A DNA stretch of 63,979 bases, counting the filler, from Basidioascus undulatus (Eukaryota), in NCBI GenBank assembly GCA_000826855.1. It is 3 parts of 3 records of this genome, joined end to end, with 100 filler letters (N's around TTAATTAATTAA, not from the genome) between each part and the next. Parts side by side here need not be neighbours in the genome. Positions count along the whole stretch, not along the records: positions 44,154 to 63,979 come from JTLS01000393.1; 2 more parts are not named here. One strand, written 5' to 3'. The notes below the pieces were generated by a model that was not told the origin of the DNA, did not search any database, and saw only the letters and a list, made by a program, of their open reading frames with translations. How positions within the stretch are numbered: the stretch's first letter is position 1; every line of letters starts with the position of its first letter. Of this stretch, positions 52,364 through 63,979 are shown in pieces. The position numbers and the translations under genes are program-made.

Positions 52364-55300
52364 ATGACCGCGCCGGCCGCGACTGCAGCTCCCTCGATCA
52401 TCTCCACGACCGCGGCTACGACCGCGGTCAACTCGCCTGCTCCGTCGACGCCTCCGACTGAGGTGTCCAAGAAGGGAAAGGAGGGGAGCGAGGAGGGCGA
52501 CGGTGGCGCGGAGGACGGCAAGGATTGCGGGGACAATGAGGACGAGGTGGCGGAGATCGTGAACCCGTTTGCGAACGATGTGAGTAGCATGCCGTTCCCT
52601 GGATAGCGCGTGGCTAATACTCTGCAAATGCAGAACATGGACGATAAGCTCGCACGCCTTCACCACCTGCTCTCCAAGTCGACGATCTATGCGAAGGTAC
52701 GCTCGTCTCACTCAACTTCACGCCATAGGGCTTACAGATCGCTTGTTACAGATCATCGGCGACAAGATGGAGCAGCAGCGCCAGACGTCGACAGCTTCCG
52801 AAGAGGTCGCCCGAAAGAAGGAGGAGGCCAGGCGCGCCCGCGAAGAGAAGAAGGAGAAGCCTCGCGCGACGGCGCGCAAGAGCTCGCGCGCGGCTGGGAC
52901 GAGCAAGGAGGAGAAGGGGGAGGACGCGGCGGCGGCGGGAGATAAGCGCAAGAGGCGGGGTGAGGCGAAGAAGAAATTTGAGGAGGCAGAGGAGGAGAGC
53001 GAAGATGGCAGCGGCGCAGAGGACGAGGAGGTGAGTGAGCGATACTCAACCCCATTTCCCATAGCGGGACGGCTGAAACAGGAAGCCTTTGCCGCAGGCC
53101 CGCTCCCCGAAGCGCGCCCGCGCTGCGAGCCCCGCCGCAGACATCTTCGAGAACCAGTCTCCGCTCGTCACAGGCGCAAAGCTGAAAGATTACCAGGCGC
53201 GGCTGCCTTCTGGCCATCACGCCAGTGAATCCCAGTATTGTGCTGACGCTGGCCACTCCCGCAGCGTGCCGGAGTAGCATGGCTGCAGTCTCTCGACATG
53301 AACGGCCTCTCGGGGATCCTCGCCGACGAGATGGGCCTCGGCAAGACGCTGCAGACTATCGCTTTCCTCGCTTCCCTCATGGACACCGGCAGCACCGGCC
53401 CGTTCCTCATCGTCTGCCCCCTTTCTGTGCTGCATGTGAGCGCGGCTTCTGCCGCCCATTTCCGGAAGATAGCTGACGCTCTTGACGCTGCGGCAGAACT
53501 GGATATCCGAGTTCGAGAAGTGCGAATCCTTCTGCATCTATCTACCCTTGCACACAAACTCGGTTGACTCACATCGCGCATGCACAGATTTACGCCGACC
53601 CTCAAACCGATCATGTACCACGGCCCGCCCCCGCACCGCGCCGAGCTCCGAACCGAGATGCGCGGGCGCGGGTTCTTCGGTGGCGCCCCCACCCGCGGGA
53701 AGGGCAAGGGCCGGAAGGCCGCGCCGGCGACCACGGAGCCTCGGATCCTGGTAACGACGTATGAGATGTGGTGCGTCTGGTGTAAAAGTTGCACGGCATC
53801 GAAGTTGCATTGACATGGCGAACGGGCCGAGCAGCATCAAGGACCGCTCGCAGCTCTCGCAAGTTCAGTGGCGGTACATCGTCGTCGACGAGGGGCACAG
53901 GCTGAAGAACTTCAACTCGAAGTGAGAAGGCGACTCTTGTTGCGGGCGTTTGAGATGCGGCTGACGCTTCGGGGTTGGTGCAGGCTCATCAAGGAGCTCA
54001 AGACGTACAGCTCCGCTAACCGGCTGATCTTGACGGGCACCCCGCTTCACGTAGGTCTAGGACTGGCGAACCGCAGTCACTGTTTTCCACTGATTTTCGA
54101 GGCAACCAGAACAACCTCGCCGAGCTCTGGTCGCTTCTGAACTTCATTCTCCCGCAACTGTTCGACGTCCGTCATCGCACTCGCATGGCTCCTGATTATT
54201 TCAGCTGACTGGGTACTGTTCCAACAGGACCTCGACGCGTTTCAGCAATGGTTCAACTTCACGGACCTGCACTCATCCGACCCGAACGCGAAGCCCGCCA
54301 TCTCCACGGATGAGACGGCCTCGCTGGTCTTGAAGCTGCACGAGATCCTGCGGCCGTTCCTCCTGCGTCGGCTGAAGGTCGACGTCGAGCACGGCCTGCC
54401 GCCAAAGAAGGAGTACATGCTGTACGCGCCGCTCACGCCGCGCCAGAAGGCGCTCTACGACGCGATCGTCAACCGCAACCTGCGCGAGACGCTCGTGCAC
54501 ATGAAGATGGCTGCGGAGGGGCAGGAGCCCGCGGTCGCGCGCGCGAAGGAGACGGGGGAGGACAGTGAGGAGGAGGTGGGTGCGCCGAGGAGGAAGGCGA
54601 GGAGTAGGAAAGGGAAGGGGAGGAAGAGCTACGTCGAGACGGACGATCTGGCGGACGATCGGAAGGACGATGATGCGTTTGAGGAGATGATTAGGAGGGA
54701 GGACGTGGTGGACGAGCACCGAGAGGCTGAGGAGGAGGTGGCGCGTGCTTACGCCCTGAAGAAAGCCAGTGCGTCGACGCATTCCCTCTTCTTTTTTTTT
54801 CTTCGCTGGACCTGACGACGGTATCACTGACCGGTCTGCTCTATACTCGCAGATCAAGCTGTCGGGAACATGAAGCTGCAAAACATTGTCATGCAGCTTC
54901 GCAAGGTGTGCTCGCACCCGTACCTGTTCGACTGGCCTCGAGACGAAAGCGGTGCGTATCGCCTCTCGCTCTCTCATGCTACCGCGCGCTGAACCGCGTT
55001 ACTGCAGGTCTCGAAGTGATCAACGAAAGCAGGTGTATTCCCGTTCTGCTGCCCTCGGCCTGTACCGGCTGACACATGCGTCGGTGCCTTCGCCTCCTTG
55101 CAGACCTCATCAACGCCTCTGGCAAGATGCTTCTCCTCAACCGGCTCCTCGACGCCCTTTTCGCGCGGGGGCACAAAGTGCTTGTGTTCTCGCAGTTCGT
55201 GACCATGTTGAACATCATCGAAGGTGTGCTTCCTCTTCCAGTTTCACCTCCTATGCTGCCCTCGCGACTCGAAATCCTGATCGTGGCGTTTGGGACTCAG

Positions 55301-56458
55301 ACTGGGCGACCGAGTACAAGGGCTGGACCGTCTGCCGCATCGACGGTTCGACCAGCCAGGACGACCGCCGCACGCAGATGAAGGCGTTCAACGAGGGCGG
55401 CAACGACGAGGACGCGCCGAAGCTGTTCTTGCTCAGCACTCGTGCAGGTGGTCTCGGCAGTACGTCTTTCTATCTCTTTGGAAGCGTGTCGGCAACTTGA
55501 ACTGACAGCGGGTCGGAACGGCGCGCAGTCAACCTCGTCGCTGCGGACACCGTCATTTTCTTCGACAGTGACTGGGTGCGTGCCCACGTGTTACTTTGAA
55601 TGTAGGTGTACGCTAACGCGTCTTCCACAGAACCCTCAAGTACGATTTCAGTCCCCGATCACCAAGAAAGCGGGTCGCTGACTCGAAGCACGCTGCAGAT
55701 GGATTTGCAGGCTCAAGATCGCGCTCACCGCATCGGTCAAACTAAGCCAGTCTGTATGTCTTCTGCGGTTTGTATGTCTACGAGAGCCCCGGTATTGACT
55801 TCTCTTCTCGCGCAGTGGTTTACCGGTGAGTTTCCCGTGTCCACCTTCGTCTTCCTTCGCCTGATTTCAATTTCGCTGCCACAGTCTTGCTACGCAGCAC
55901 ACCGTTGAGACGCGCATCATGCAGGTGAGCTCTTTCCGCCTTTGTTGCGTTGAAGAAAGAGTAATAACCAAGCTTGTTCAACAGCGTGCGAATGCAAAGC
56001 GGAAACTTGAGTCGCTTGTCATCGCTCAAGGCACGCCGCATCAGTCCGCCGGCGGTCTGAACGTTTTGCTGACGAAGTCATGCGAGCAGGTGCCTTCAAG
56101 ACGCATGGCATGCCCACGGTACCGGGCAAGCCGAAGAAGACATCGCTCGCCGACATGGCGGAGGCCCTGCGCGAGCTCGAGGGCGCCGAGATCAAACTTG
56201 CCGGCTCGGGCGACCAGATCATCAGCGACGAAGAGCTTGAGGTCCTGCTAGACCGTTCGCCCGAGGCGATGGAGCGCCGCAAGGGCTGGACGACGACCGC
56301 TCGCGGTGGTGCCGCGGGCGGCGGTGTCGGAGAGGTGGTGGAGATGGATAAAGATGAGGTGAATATTTCGACTGGGCTTTTGAACACTCGAAGACACTGA
56401 TTTACATTTTCGTTTACAGGTCAGCGAGGGGCTGGCGAGGATGATGGGCGACGAGTAG
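52364..56458 (+). CDS. SNF2-family chromatin remodeller, LSH/HELLS/Irc5/DDM1 subfamily
   Basis: [106 protein letters not shown]. Confidence 0.9.
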
Positions 56459-57999
56459 AGGACATTGTTATGCAGACTTTTTTGTTTAGACCGGCTGGGT
56501 GCTGCTCATGACCGATGCCTCGTGTCCCGCTTGCGTCCTCGGCTGCAGGACCTGGCCCGATGGGATAGCTTGTGATTGAACCCATGGCATCTCACGATGT
56601 TGAATTTGCGATCCTTCTCGGGGTCCCAGCCAGCCTCCAGAGGTCCTGCCAAGCAACGCGTTCAGCACGGAGTGTGACAAAGTCCCACCAAAGATGCCTA
56701 CCGAAAAATAATCGAAGAGAGCCATCTGTTTCTCGTTTGTGATGTCCTGGTCTATTCAGTTCTCCATGTAACGTCTTCGTCCAGACTGCTGGGAAGTCAG
56801 GGTAGGAGTTTAAATCCAGTTGTTTGAAGTGAAGAGAACGGAATGTAGCTGCACAGTCGGTGAAGCAAATACCTGATCCGGATCGTATACGGTAAGTTGC
56901 GACCATGACGAGCTTGCTGTCGTTGTGTGCTACCAGGGTCCTGATGAAGCTAGACTCCAGGATATGGGAGGCCAAAATTAAGCTCTCGGTATCTCTCAAC
57001 ATTATTTACGAGAACCACCACAAGGTATCCAGCTTGTAGGCAATCTTCCGGTCAAATGGCGCAATTGTGCACAAAAACACAAAATATCGTTTCAACAGCC
57101 AGCAATCCCGGGCCCCCGTCCTTTCATCAGTGGGTATCTGATTGAGCGAGGTATGGTACTCTATCATCTTGGCCCATATTCCCAGGAACATTTTGCAGCA
57201 CGTTGACACCCTACAGCCCAAGGAGCAGACTACTGACGCACGATGGCGACGATGGTAGTGGCGACGCAGTCTCCCATGCGATACTGATTCCAATAAGATT
57301 GCTCGACCTGGTTCAACTATGGCGAGAAATCCCAAGTAAGTACGTGAACCAGCTCCCTCTTCCCTACTGTCAAAGTCTTCGGATGCCGCAGACGCAAAAG
57401 GGAAACGTGCCTGCCAGCCGTCGGGAGCACCTCGTGCCGTTCTCCTCCAACAGGCACTTCTCAACAGGCACTTCTCTCAGGCTTTTTTTCCGAAAGAACC
57501 GCTGGGAACACCTTAGACGGAAGATCAACGACCGGGCGGCAAGTTCTTGACCAGTCTATTTGTGTAATGGCAGTCCCGGACAGGACTGTCCTCACCTAGG
57601 GCGCATGGTCAAGCACGCCGATCCGAGCTGTAGATGAGAAATCGCCAAGGTACCGGAGCCGATCGTCAGTACTTGACCTGCTGAACACTTCCGTAATATT
57701 TTCCTCCTCCTGAACCAGCACAACTGGCCCATCCACGCCAGGCACGATGTCTTCCACCGCACTTCCTTACGTGGCCTCGGCACCGGCGGTAGATGAGAAG
57801 GACAGCACGGCGAAAAGTCTCAACCTTGGGTCGCCGGACATATAGAAGCCGGCCCTAGTTCCCCCTCTTGGAGAAGAGGTGCACTCAAACTAGGGTCTAA
57901 TCAATTGGAGACGTACGAAACGCGATCCCGAGGGGATCGCTACGCAACCGTCGATCTTCTACGCCCGCTCAGGCTCTCTCGCTAACATAGTGCCATCTC

Positions 58000-60900
58000 T
58001 TTCATCTCAGTCACCCAAAGTATGAGGTACGAGTTGAAGACTGAGCCTTAAATTTCCGGAAAGAGGCTCCACTGATCTGGGGCTTTGCATGTAGGGGCGC
58101 CACCTCTTCGACCCATTGTTGCGTTGGACCTGGCGGGAGGAGAATGTTCTACGTCGCAAGCTTGACCTGCGGTGTGTAAACCATACTATTTTTCGACCGG
58201 CCCCTGTGGGAGTTTTCTCGCTCACGGGGAGTGATTCACAGCGTGACTCTCTGGCTCTCAATTTTGTTCAGTGTGTAACACACCGTCGGCTTTGTTTGCC
58301 TTGCACTCACCCACCTTTTGCTAGTTGCCCTTGAAACGGACACAGCCAACAGTGAGCTTTACCTGGTTTTAGTGGCTGTTGTGATGTTAAAGTCATCGGT
58401 GTTGCAAGTCAAAACAGTCAACACGGACAACTTCTTGCAGGATCTTGGCCTCTCCACGAACAACTACAACTTGTGAGCGAGCTTTGTTTGTGCTTCCCGT
58501 GTTCAATTTCGGAGAACGCAGGTTCACATATCGTTCTTCATAGAGGAAACACGGTCAGGGGTTTGCTGCCAATATTGAGCCACCACTCAACCAGCGACAC
58601 GGACAGCTATTCACCATCGGCTTCTTCCTGGCTGAGATACCGAGTCAGCTCATTTCGAAGAAGGTAACTCTATTCAAACCACACACTGTTGATGTAATCC
58701 ACTGACACTTCAGTACCAGGTTGGCCCCGACCGCTGGATCCCCACACAGGTGCGATATCCAATCCTTCACAGTTGAAATCTCACTCACACAAGGACAACC
58801 CCGAAAGACAAGATCACCCTCTGGTAAGTACATTCTCCGGACCTTTATGTTTCAAGTCACTCAAATACTTCATAGGTCCATCTTGAGCTTCCGCGTCCAC
58901 TAAATCTATGGAAGCCGAATTGACACCCAACTTGACCTGCAGTACTTCTCCTACTAATGAGTAACATTAAGCATTCTCCGGCTGGAATGCAAATATGATA
59001 ACGCTCTTCCTCAGTTTCACCAAACGAGGTCAGCTTTTCCCTTGCTTGGCAGCGTCTACATCTGCTGACTGTGCGGTATCCGTAGAGCTGCCGCTGTGGT
59101 TGGCCATATTCTGGGGGTTCAGTAACATCTGTGACATTTTTGTGAGCGCTTTGACTAGCTGGAGAATAGTAAATGACTTACAGCCTTTGACGGAGCAATA
59201 GATGGGGTTCTTTGCCATAGGTCTACTCAAGCTGCGAGGAACACACGGCTATGCAGGCTGGCGCTGTGAGTAACATGCCACCGCTTGTGCATAGAAAACG
59301 TGAAATTATTACCGATTAGTTATGGCCTTAGGGCTTTTTGGTTGAGGGGTAAACGTGTCTCATAGTTCTTGAACGCAGAGTGCATGTCCGCTGACAGAGC
59401 TACGCAGGTTGATTACCCTCTCCCTCGGAGTAGCGAGTTTCTTCATGCTTGCACCGGGTCCTCCGCAGACCAGAACGTGGTTCCGACCTAAAGGCTCGGT
59501 AAGGACTTTTGCGCGAGTGTTGTGTTGTGCTTTCCAACAGAAGACGTTGCCTGAAACGACCCATCACAGTTCACTGAACGCAAGGAGACAATTTTGGTAT
59601 GTACTTAAAGACTTTGGTGGCCTCGGAGGCTGCACTCAACATCATGATTCGTGGCGCAGGTCAACCGTATCTTGCGAGACGACCCGACCAAAGGCGGCAA
59701 GCGTCTTCCTTGATTTTGTGCGAAGTTCCCTTGTCGCTCACTGTCCTGTGCCGCCAGCCATGCACAACCGACAAGGCCTTAGCCTGAAGATGATGCTCAA
59801 AGCGCTATACGTGCTTCCTGTTTATGAGTAGAAGCGCCTGCTTACCATGACTCCGTTTACCATCAAAAGCCTGGACTACGACCTCTGGCCACTCATGCGG
59901 TCGGCCTGTTGGTGAACATACCGTGCAAGTACGCTAGGCTTTCCTTGCGCCGACCGTATAAAAACTGACTCGACACCCTTCGCAGTCCAACTTCGCAGTA
60001 CCTGTCGATTATTCTGCGAATCTCGGCTTCTCGACCACGAAGACCAACCTACTGAATATTCCCGTGAGCTTGTACTCCATTGCGTTTCCGATGGGCCCAG
60101 TACTGAACAGACCTCGCAGACGAACGCCGCGGCGTTTGTGATTGAAGGTCTTGTGTGCTCTTCTATACTCTCAAGAAGCTAATGCGCTCCAGAATCCAGG
60201 GTGTTGCCTTGGTCTACCTCTCGGAAGTTGTCGACAGTCGCTGCCTGCGCGGCGCCGTGCAGAACATCTGGCTGGGTCCGTTTTCTCTGTCATTGCCGTC
60301 AAATCGCCCCTGTCCTTAACGAATTCCCCTCTTTATCCAGACGCTACCCCTTCCTGTTTCTCTATATCTGCGAAATGGTGAGTTTGGGTGAACTCAGTCC
60401 TTCTCGCCTGGCTGCTCATGGGGCTACCGCTGCCCCATTGCATCTGGTCGGGTGCATATTCACGACGCATTCAGCCGCGGGGACCTACGCCATAAGCTTC
60501 CTGATTTGTTCCGTCCCGCTCACGATACCGCTCGTGGTCGCCTGGATCTCTCGGAACAGTGGTTCGGTGCGGACGCGCACTCTCAGGTGAGGGATAATCA
60601 AATGGGCTCCAAAGCGTCTGTTCGCACAGGATCACTGATAAGGCATTTAGCGCTTCTATATACAATATAATGCTGCACTTCGCCTCTCCTGGGGCGAACA
60701 ACGTTTACCGCGCAGAAGACGCTCCAAACTGTACGTTGTCACGATTTCCTTTGCTGGCGCCGTTCCTCTCTGCTAAATCCTACCGAACGTCCAAAACACA
60801 GACCACCGCGTGCAACCGAAGTTTGATCATCATCGCCGTCGTCCAAGTCCTACAATTCCCTTTCATCTACGCCTACTATCGGTGGAGGAACGCGCAGAAA

Positions 60901-61070
60901 TAGCTCAAGTGGAGCGCCATGAGCAAGGAGGTGGGTGGGGGCTTTTCAAACCAGTATTCAAGCAATTCTTAATGAAATATATCTACAGTAGCAAGATGAC
61001 TACCTCAAGAACCACGGACGAAAGCGCCAAGCGACTCGACTTCCGCTTCGCATACAAGACTGCCGGCTGT
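58000..61070 (+). pseudogene. MFS allantoate-permease-like (ACS family) transporter, highly fragmented exons, probable pseudogene
   Basis: WTWREENVLRRKLDLR, LAEIPSQLISKK|VGPDRWIP, VNRILRDDPTKG|MHNRQG, VAWISRNSGSVRTRT, RLDFRFA. Lesions: frameshifts near 59894 and 60019, in-frame TAG at 60901. Confidence 0.8.
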
Positions 61071-62189
61071 CGGCTCACCTCCCTCTTCACGTCTTCTTCT
61101 TCTTTCCTCGACCTCACCAGGATGGACGAGTCTCTTACCCATTTGACTGCTAAAGTTTTTCAATCTCCCTGTACCCTCGAGACGCTGCCTTCTTTCCCAC
61201 AAATCATAGACACGATTGAGAGCCCATGCTACGCCTTTTCCTGTGATCGGGTGCGAGGTCTGCCAATCCGTCATGCACCTCGTTAGAAAGGCTGGACTCA
61301 CAACCAAGAGTGACAATTACTTTCAAGAGGCGAGCTCATGGCGTTCGCTAGTCGTCTCCGCTGTGAGCGCTGCAAGGGGCCCGGGCGGCTGCAACTTGAC
61401 CTCAACTCTGTAGCAGCTCGATTATGCTAACTGGACGCTTTAAATTTTTTGTCTTTGCATTCCGTCAGGATCCACCGGTTTTTAGCTTGTGCTTTCAGCA
61501 ATGACTGAACCGGTTGATACACACAGCAGTTGGCTGTCTTCTGTCGCGGCGATGGTCAGCGGCACACCTATCATTTTCATTGTCTTTCGGTCGCTGGCCA
61601 TCCTGGCCTTATGCTGTACCCCCATTACCTCGCCCTTTCGTACTTCGTGTACACAATTTTCCGAATCCTCCAGTCCAGCCGTCCTTTAGTTCCCCACTGG
61701 CAGCGTTGCGAAGGTGCCTCTCAATGCCCGTCGCAAGCTGCCACGTTCAGTTACAGTCGTAACTATCCCTCTCTGGAAAGCTTAGGCTATCATTCCCACA
61801 AGATGGGAGGGTTCAACATTCCCTGCTGCGTAAGCCTTGCTCCCGTTCGCGCACATACAACCTTGCGACCGGTACTGAAAAGCATGCTCAGATCTCCATG
61901 TGCAATCCGAGAGCATGCCAGCTCATAACATATTCTCCGCCAGACGTACTTAAGCTGATATTGTGTTGGAAAATTCAAGCTTACGGACTTCCTCATCGAA
62001 GACTACCGGAGGGACGAGAGTTGGGAACCCCCCTGATCCAGCGATTGTCGAGGTTGTGACGTTCACTGAGGACGACGTGCAAGGGGCGGAAGCTCTTGCG
62101 TTCATCGGGTCCTTATGTTCGTATACTGCGACAATAAAGGTATGGCACCACTGTTATGGGTGCATCTCCCGCTCTGAAACGGTGTCCCG

Positions 62190-62570
62190 CTGCAGACCAG
62201 TTCCTCAGCATTGATCGCGACACCGTCCGGATCGAATATGACATAGTATACGGGGTCTACGGGGAGTGCCAAACGCGCGACGGAGATGAGCGCTACGTCA
62301 ACGGGTATGGGAAGCAGCTCGTGCAGCTGTCGGCGTAGCGCATCCTGCAGGCCGCGACGGCAGGGCGGCTGAACCGTCGCGTCTTCTGGGAGCTCATGCG
62401 CGCGCTCACGCTTGACAGACCGGGAATGTGCATGCCGGGCTGCATCGAGTACGGGCCGACCAGGACCGCCGCCGACGAGCAGTGGCTCCCGCTGCTGACG
62501 ACCCACATAAACCCTTCAGAGGCAGACGAGTGGTGGAAAGCCCTCCTCAGGAGCGCGAAGGAGGGTGTTT
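62190..62570 (+). pseudogene. Coding-like fragment of unknown family with an in-frame stop
   Basis: After a CAG, DQFLSIDRDTVRIEYDIVYG...QLSA*RILQAA...EWWKALL reads through in one frame with GC-rich codons, apart from TAG at 62336-62338. Confidence 0.4.
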
Positions 62571-63663
62571 CACTGGATGAGATAAGGAGGGAGCTTATAT
62601 GGGTAGGGGGAACCTTTGGGTCTTTTGTCGGATCGGTAGGAGGACGCTGCATGTCATCTCCCTTCCCCACAGCATGCGCTGAGTCCCAATCGTGAAGGGC
62701 GCTGTAATTGTGTACATGAGTATATTTTAAAAACCATGCAATTGATAAAGCAAAGTCCAGCATAACAATCAAGTCTACAGCTGCGGGACAGTCGAGGACG
62801 GGTCATACGAGTTAAGACTACGCGAGCTGCAACTGGGCGAATGTGTGGGGTCTGATTTTGCCCCCATCAAAAAATCAGAGCTATCCGCACTTTTACGTTA
62901 CCGCTTAACATTCTATGCCCTAACATCAAGTATAGTTCCTTTGGCCGGAAAAAGATCACTGTCCGAGTCCGTTTGCAGTGCAGCCGACTGACTGTGCAGG
63001 TTTGTCGTCGTCCTCCCTCCGACGACCAACTCCATCTGGTTCCCGGACTGCTCTTCTGATGTCTTATCTGTTCATCAACACCTCACATACTGGCGATACA
63101 GCCTCTCTCAAAGCCTGCCTCTTGCGAAACTTGTGCTGCTCGTTATCGACCGTGGGAATCGAGATCTCGGCCCATGACAGAATCCGGGCCGGCGGGCGAG
63201 CTGCTTGATCACTCGAGAGGGGCTTGAACCCGTACCACACTCACCGCACTTCGATATTCGCCATTAACGCAGCAATACTACATTTCTAGTAGAGCGTAAT
63301 CCTGAAGAAGGTGCTGGACTGGGACCGTTGAAGGGGATAACGAGCTGCTGGTGCGTCGACCGGTCTGTTGCGTGGGAGAGCACCGTGCCATGTCTGTTGG
63401 TTGGAGGGAATGCGGTTTGAGATTACGAGGATCTGAAGGACTCGAGGGGGATGAAAGTCTGCGCTTTGAATGGGCGCTGTGGATGATGGGCTGAAGAGAG
63501 GCACGATGCGTTGGGGAAGCGAGGAATGCAGCGTGCAGCGTGCAGCCTAAGCACGTTGCCTGCGAACGAGCAGCCCGGGCTTCACTCACCACTCACCACG
63601 CTGAGACGAACAAGCTAAACGACATCCTTTCTTACAGTCTCGGCACTCTACACACCGCCCATC

Positions 63664-63979
63664 ATGGCTCGAGCCTCTACGCCGCTCCCTCCCCTACCGG
63701 CACCATCCAAGATCCTCCCCGCCCGACCGCCTCCCCCGCGGCCCTCGAGCCCCCCACATCCCTCCACTCCTCCTCCACTCGATCACTCCGCCCGAGAACA
63801 CCTGCGGCAGCTCCTCCTCCAGCTGCTGCAGAACGCGTCGCTGCACACACCGCTCACAGTCTTCCCCGGCATCTCCACCCCGCCGCAGCAGCCGTCCTCT
63901 GCCTTCTCCTCCATCTCCTCCGCGATGTCCGCCTCCTCCTCCTCCTCCTTCTACGCCTCCCCGCCCTCCCCCGCGAGCT
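63664..63979 (+). CDS. 5' end of a gene running off the window; product uncertain
   Basis: Open frame MARASTPLPPLP...LDHSAREHLRQLLLQLLQNASL... continues to the end of the window. Confidence 0.55.
   Translation, partial: MARASTPLPPLPAPSKILPARPPPPRPSSPPHPSTPPPLDHSAREHLRQLLLQLLQNASLHTPLTVFPGISTPPQQPSSAFSSISSAMSASSSSSFYASPPSPAS

Noticed and set aside
56486..57550. Short ORFs downstream of the LSH gene; likewise 23200-24100, 31000-32000, 37000-38700 and 47500-48050
   Set aside because: No recognisable motifs or consistent splice structure; they may be decayed genes but cannot be supported.
63664..63979. Fab1-like lipid kinase call from AREHLRQLLLQLL
   Set aside because: The resemblance is short and the gene is cut by the window end, so it is left unnamed.

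Overview
Intron-rich eukaryotic genomic DNA from a GC-rich basidiomycete fungus. GTGCGT/GTACGT/GTGAGT donors, CTGAC branch points and ~55-70 nt introns resemble Pucciniomycotina yeasts such as Rhodotorula, but the taxon is inferred. The window is three contigs joined by artificial 100-nt N/TTAATTAATTAA/N linkers (21987-22086, 44054-44153), and contig 1 ends in an Illumina adapter. Contig 1 holds a decayed Ty1/copia element, CAC2, ISD11, URM1, MIC12, a ZRG17-like zinc transporter, an ArAE/FUSC-type membrane protein and tRNA-Arg(CCT) inside a CpG-poor decayed region. Contig 2 holds a UBE2G-type E2, a DUF952 gene, a frameshifted siderophore transporter, NHX1, an FMO pseudogene, GAPDH with 5/3/13-nt micro-exons and the 3' part of a beta-carbonic anhydrase. 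Contig 3 holds TOM7, an apparent in-frame eIF3f(5')-CreC(3') chimera, an MFS fragment, a COQ9-like gene, an LSH/IRC5 SNF2 helicase and an allantoate-permease-like pseudogene. Gene models were spliced by eye and family calls rest on remembered motifs, not database searches.
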